A DNA stretch of 36,440 bases from IMG/VR virus record IMGVR_UViG_2778261172_000005, positions 1 through 36,440 of that record; one strand, given 5' to 3'. The notes under the pieces are model-generated. The model ran no database searches. It was not told the origin of the DNA and saw only the letters and a list, made by a program, of their open reading frames with translations. The DNA comes from a virus (Duplodnaviria > Heunggongvirae > Uroviricota > Caudoviricetes). The translations under genes and the position numbers were made by a program. Shown piece by piece: positions 33,856-36,440 of the stretch (positions within the stretch are counted from its first letter, which is position 1; each line of letters starts with the position of its first letter).

Positions 33856-34022
33856 TTCCATACCCTCCGGCTTTTCAGAAAGGTCAGAGCCTTTTTTAAC
33901 GGACTCTGTTTTTTGGTGCGGATAATGATTCCCTTACGCCCCTTACCGTGGGTGATGGTGAAGTCAATCGCCCTGGGGCTTTCGTTACGCAGTAACTGAG
34001 CAATACAACGAGGCTCATTCAT
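33852..34022 (-). CDS. Small basic early protein (56 aa), P2 orf78 position
   Basis: The Met at 34022 is preceded by SD GGAG. It lies between cox and B. Confidence 0.55.
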   Translation of the reverse strand: MNEPRCIAQLLRNESPRAIDFTITHGKGRKGIIIRTKKQSPLKKALTFLKSRRVWK

Positions 34023-34032
34023 ACGGTTCTCC

Positions 34033-34308
34033 TTAACGTGGTTCACCGAGACCTAACCACATCAACCAGCCGTCACGAATCTCTTTAGGACGGCTTTCAT
34101 AAGCCAGTTTTAGTCCGTTATTCCATGCCGGAAGGTATACCCAATATTCACCAGCACGCCCCGATACTGACTGAGGGTCAGTAATCTCAATAACTGGTAA
34201 TTTCCCTTTCTCAATCATGCCCCTTACAGCTCTTGGAGTTTTACCAATGAGTTTTGCAAACTCCTGATAAGGCACGGCATCAGTCACGCTTACAAGCTGT
34301 CTATTCAT
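34033..34308 (-). CDS. cox: Cox: excisionase, repressor of Pc and activator of satellite P4 (91 aa)
   Basis: 91 aa. The C-terminal part DPQS.SGRAGEYWVYLPAWNNGLKLAYESRPKEIRDGWLMWLGLGEPR matches my memory of P2 Cox. It is the first gene of the early operon. Confidence 0.85.
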   Translation of the reverse strand: MNRQLVSVTDAVPYQEFAKLIGKTPRAVRGMIEKGKLPVIEITDPQSVSGRAGEYWVYLPAWNNGLKLAYESRPKEIRDGWLMWLGLGEPR

Positions 34309-34429
34309 CTGCTACGATTCTCCCTTAGTGCTTCTAATGGCTCCTAATGGCTAATTATTGCCTAAAAGGATAACTCCAGAAGCGCAACATTTCACACTAT
34401 CAGCAAGAAATTACGCAATCGGAGTAATT
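34309..34429. promoter_or_regulatory. Pe/Pc immunity switch region with a direct-repeat operator candidate CTAATGGCT x2 (34334-34342 and 34344-34352)
   Basis: This is the divergent cox and C intergenic region. Two perfect 9-bp direct repeats are phased 10 bp apart, followed by a partial third copy, GCTAATT. P2-type C repressors are known to bind direct repeats around Pe. Confidence 0.5.
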
Positions 34430-34729
34430 ATGTCAATAGACGTTTCGGAGAAGTTGAAGCTAATCCGTGAATCTGAAAGGTTAAACCGTAAAGAATTCAG
34501 TGAATTAACTGGTGTAGCCTACAGCTCACTTTCGAGCTATGAGAGCCGGTCAAAAAACGCTGGAGTTGAAGCCATAATGAAGGTCTTACAACATCCTAGA
34601 TTTACTAAATATACTTTGTGGTTCATGACTGATCAGGTAGCTCCAGAAGCCGGGCAAATTGCGCCCGCTCTCGCACACTTTGGGCAAAACGAAACAACGT
34701 CGCCCCACTCCGGTCAAAAGACTGGTTAA
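34430..34729 (+). CDS. C: Immunity repressor C (99 aa)
   Basis: The Met at 34430 has SD GGAG 5 nt upstream and gives 99 aa as in P2. The C-terminus FTKYTLWFMT.Q.APE.GQIAPALAHFGQNETTSPHSGQKTG is P2-like, while the N-terminal HTH half differs from my memory of P2 C. Confidence 0.85.
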   Translation: MSIDVSEKLKLIRESERLNRKEFSELTGVAYSSLSSYESRSKNAGVEAIMKVLQHPRFTKYTLWFMTDQVAPEAGQIAPALAHFGQNETTSPHSGQKTG

Positions 34730-34844
34730 CAATTTATCGTGAATATATTCATCACAAGTGCCTACTATTGGTGGCTAAATTTCAGCCACCACGAAAAAAG
34801 CGATTAGTAGTAGCAAAAAAAAGTACCACTCGGAGGGTTTTCTG

Positions 34845-35858
34845 ATGGCAATCAAAAAACTCGATGATGGTCGATATGAAGTGGACATCCGCCCTACTGG
34901 ACGTAACGGAAAACGCATCCGTAGGAAGTTTGATAAGAAAAGCGAAGCTGTCGCTTTCGAAAAATACACGTTGTACAACCACCACAATAAAGAATGGCTA
35001 TCAAAACCAACAGACAAACGACGTCTGTCGGAACTGACACAGATCTGGTGGGATTTAAAGGGTAAACACGAAGAGCATGGGAAATCTAATCTTGGAAAAA
35101 TTGAAATCTTCACAAAAATAACGAATGACCCATGCGCATTTCAAATCACGAAATCCCTTATCAGCCAGTACTGCGCCACCCGAAGAAGTCAGGGTATTAA
35201 ACCTTCGAGTATCAATCGTGATTTAACATGTATTAGCGGCATGTTTACAGCCCTGATTGAAGCGGAGTTATTCTTTGGTGAGCACCCTATCAGAGGGACA
35301 AAGAGGCTTAAGGAGGAAAAACCAGAAACAGGCTATCTCACACAGGAAGAAATTGCCTTACTGCTTGCAGCACTTGACGGCGACAATAAAAAGATTGCGA
35401 TTCTTTGCCTGAGTACAGGAGCACGTTGGGGAGAAGCAGCTCGTTTGAAAGCAGAAAATATCATCCATAACCGCGTCACGTTTGTTAAAACGAAAACAAA
35501 CAAACCACGCACCGTCCCGATCTCAGAGGCTGTTGCCAAAATGATCGCGGATAACAAACGAGGTTTTTTATTCCCTGATGCTGATTACCCTCGCTTCAGA
35601 CGAACAATGAAAGCAATAAAACCGGATTTGCCAATGGGGCAAGCCACACATGCACTAAGGCACAGCTTTGCCACTCATTTCATGATTAATGGAGGAAGTA
35701 TTATCACGCTACAACGGATACTAGGTCACACGCGGATTGAACAAACTATGGTTTACGCTCATTTTGCGCCAGAGTACCTTCAGGACGCCATTTCTCTTAA
35801 TCCGCTAAGAGGTGGTACTGAGGCCGAGAGTGTCCACACAGTGTCCACAGTAGAGTAA
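34845..35858 (+). CDS. int: Tyrosine integrase (337 aa)
   Basis: 337 aa as in P2 Int. It has the catalytic-region motifs ARWGEA...HALRHSFATHF...LGHTRIEQTMVYAH and lies next to the att core. Confidence 0.9.
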   Translation: MAIKKLDDGRYEVDIRPTGRNGKRIRRKFDKKSEAVAFEKYTLYNHHNKEWLSKPTDKRRLSELTQIWWDLKGKHEEHGKSNLGKIEIFTKITNDPCAFQITKSLISQYCATRRSQGIKPSSINRDLTCISGMFTALIEAELFFGEHPIRGTKRLKEEKPETGYLTQEEIALLLAALDGDNKKIAILCLSTGARWGEAARLKAENIIHNRVTFVKTKTNKPRTVPISEAVAKMIADNKRGFLFPDADYPRFRRTMKAIKPDLPMGQATHALRHSFATHFMINGGSIITLQRILGHTRIEQTMVYAHFAPEYLQDAISLNPLRGGTEAESVHTVSTVE

Positions 35859-35937
35859 CGTTTAAGGGCTTTCAGTGGTAATTTATGCCGCTCAAACCCG
35901 CATTGTACCGTTGAAAGCCCCTACTGGTGACACCCTA

Positions 35938-35965
35938 AATCTCCCTTACACGGGCTTATTTTTTA
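35938..35965. repeat. att core, int-proximal junction; orphan duplicate of the cyaR 3' end
   Basis: 28/28 identical to 1507-1534. The left arm of the CyaR terminator hairpin is absent here. Confidence 0.9.
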
Positions 35966-36027
35966 TGCATAAGCCCTATCCCTGGTCACCGTCTTCCATT
36001 GACCACATCGATAGAATCTCCCTTCAT

Positions 36028-36060
36028 AGCACGATGCCTTTCACGTAACGGCATCGTGCT
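36028..36060. other. Perfect 11-bp-arm stem-loop AGCACGATGCC / GGCATCGTGCT of unassigned function
   Basis: Seen directly in the sequence. Neither strand has a T-run after it, so it is not a canonical intrinsic terminator. Confidence 0.4.
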
Positions 36061-36122
36061 CGCACAGGTTCCGGCTAAGCACAACCAGAACGCGCATGTT
36101 TGACGCTTACCAAAAAATATTC

Positions 36123-36440
36123 TCACTCTCCACATTTGAATGTCAGACGAGCGACGCCATGTAATCCTGCACCTTCTGTCTTCAGGTCAACTATCTGCAT
36201 TTTTTTGCCCTGAGTAACACAGAAATGGGCTGCATCATTTTTTACTATATTTTCTGCACCAGATATTCTGCCCCTGGCTAAAGAAGCTTCGGCTTCGGTG
36301 TAGTATTGGTTATCGAGTTTACGCTGAATATTACTTTTATATGCAAGACCAAATTTACCGATACTTGTCTCATCATTATGCACAGCACAACCAGACATAA
36401 TAAAAATACTAATTAATGATATAGCAGCTATCTTTTTCAT
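36123..36440 (-). CDS. yegR: Lipoprotein YegR (105 aa), complete
   Basis: MKKIAAISLISIFIMSGCAVH carries the lipobox MSGC. I recognise it as E. coli YegR. The ATG is the last triplet of the window. Confidence 0.85.
   Translation of the reverse strand: MKKIAAISLISIFIMSGCAVHNDETSIGKFGLAYKSNIQRKLDNQYYTEAEASLARGRISGAENIVKNDAAHFCVTQGKKMQIVDLKTEGAGLHGVARLTFKCGE

Larger units (their letters stand above)
1507..35965. mobile_element. Complete P2-like (Peduovirus-type) prophage, about 34.4 kb including both att cores
   Basis: Bounded by identical 28-bp direct repeats, with ogr at one end and int at the other. It has full P2-collinear tail, lysis, head, cos, replication and immunity modules. Confidence 0.95.

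Noticed and set aside
1635-34729. N-terminal extensions of the track ORFs for ogr, V, lysC, X, L, O, P, B, the orf80-position and orf78-position ORFs, the small ASCH/DUF3850-like ORF downstream of A, and C.
   Set aside because: Internal Met codons give the sizes I recall for P2 for those ORFs with a P2 size to compare. I checked an SD at the correct distance for L, P, B, the orf80-position and orf78-position ORFs, and C. The extensions have no SD.
34775-35113. A 112-aa minus-strand ORF overlapping the int start.
   Set aside because: It is antisense to the recognisable integrase. Its composition is hydrophobic and low-complexity, and it has no RBS.

Overview
The window is an E. coli-type chromosomal locus, yegQ - cyaR ... 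yegR. It carries a complete P2-like prophage of about 34.4 kb (1507-35965) integrated into the 3' end of the sRNA gene cyaR, and a 28-bp att core is duplicated at both junctions. The prophage lies inverted relative to the standard P2 map. In window order it reads ogr, D-U-T-E/E'-FII-FI, G-H-I-J-W-V, S-R-lysCBA-K-Y-X-L-M-N-O, divergent P-Q, cos, then A-...-B-cox, C and int. Gene order and protein sizes match P2 almost gene for gene, including the T TTT TTG -1 frameshift that gives E+E' and the 19-nt cos sequence. Four visibly AT-rich cargo loci interrupt this backbone. (1) Between cos and gene A, the P2 old/tin position, sits a translationally coupled pair: a GIY-YIG-like protein and a DGQHR (DndB/ParB-like) protein. 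This is my top candidate for an undescribed anti-phage system. (2) Between G and FI, the P2 Z/fun position, sit two separately terminated single-gene units. One is a 305-aa PD-(D/E)xK HsdR-N-like protein and the other a 242-aa DUF2971-like protein. Three copies of a ~40-bp element punctuate this island. (3) Between S and V, the P2 orf30 position, is a 251-aa HNH-type protein. (4) Between the small early ORFs and A is a 335-aa PP-loop PAPS-reductase/DndC-like enzyme. All family assignments come from reading motifs and from memory of the P2 proteome. No BLAST or HMM search was possible, so I cannot verify whether any cargo gene is new.
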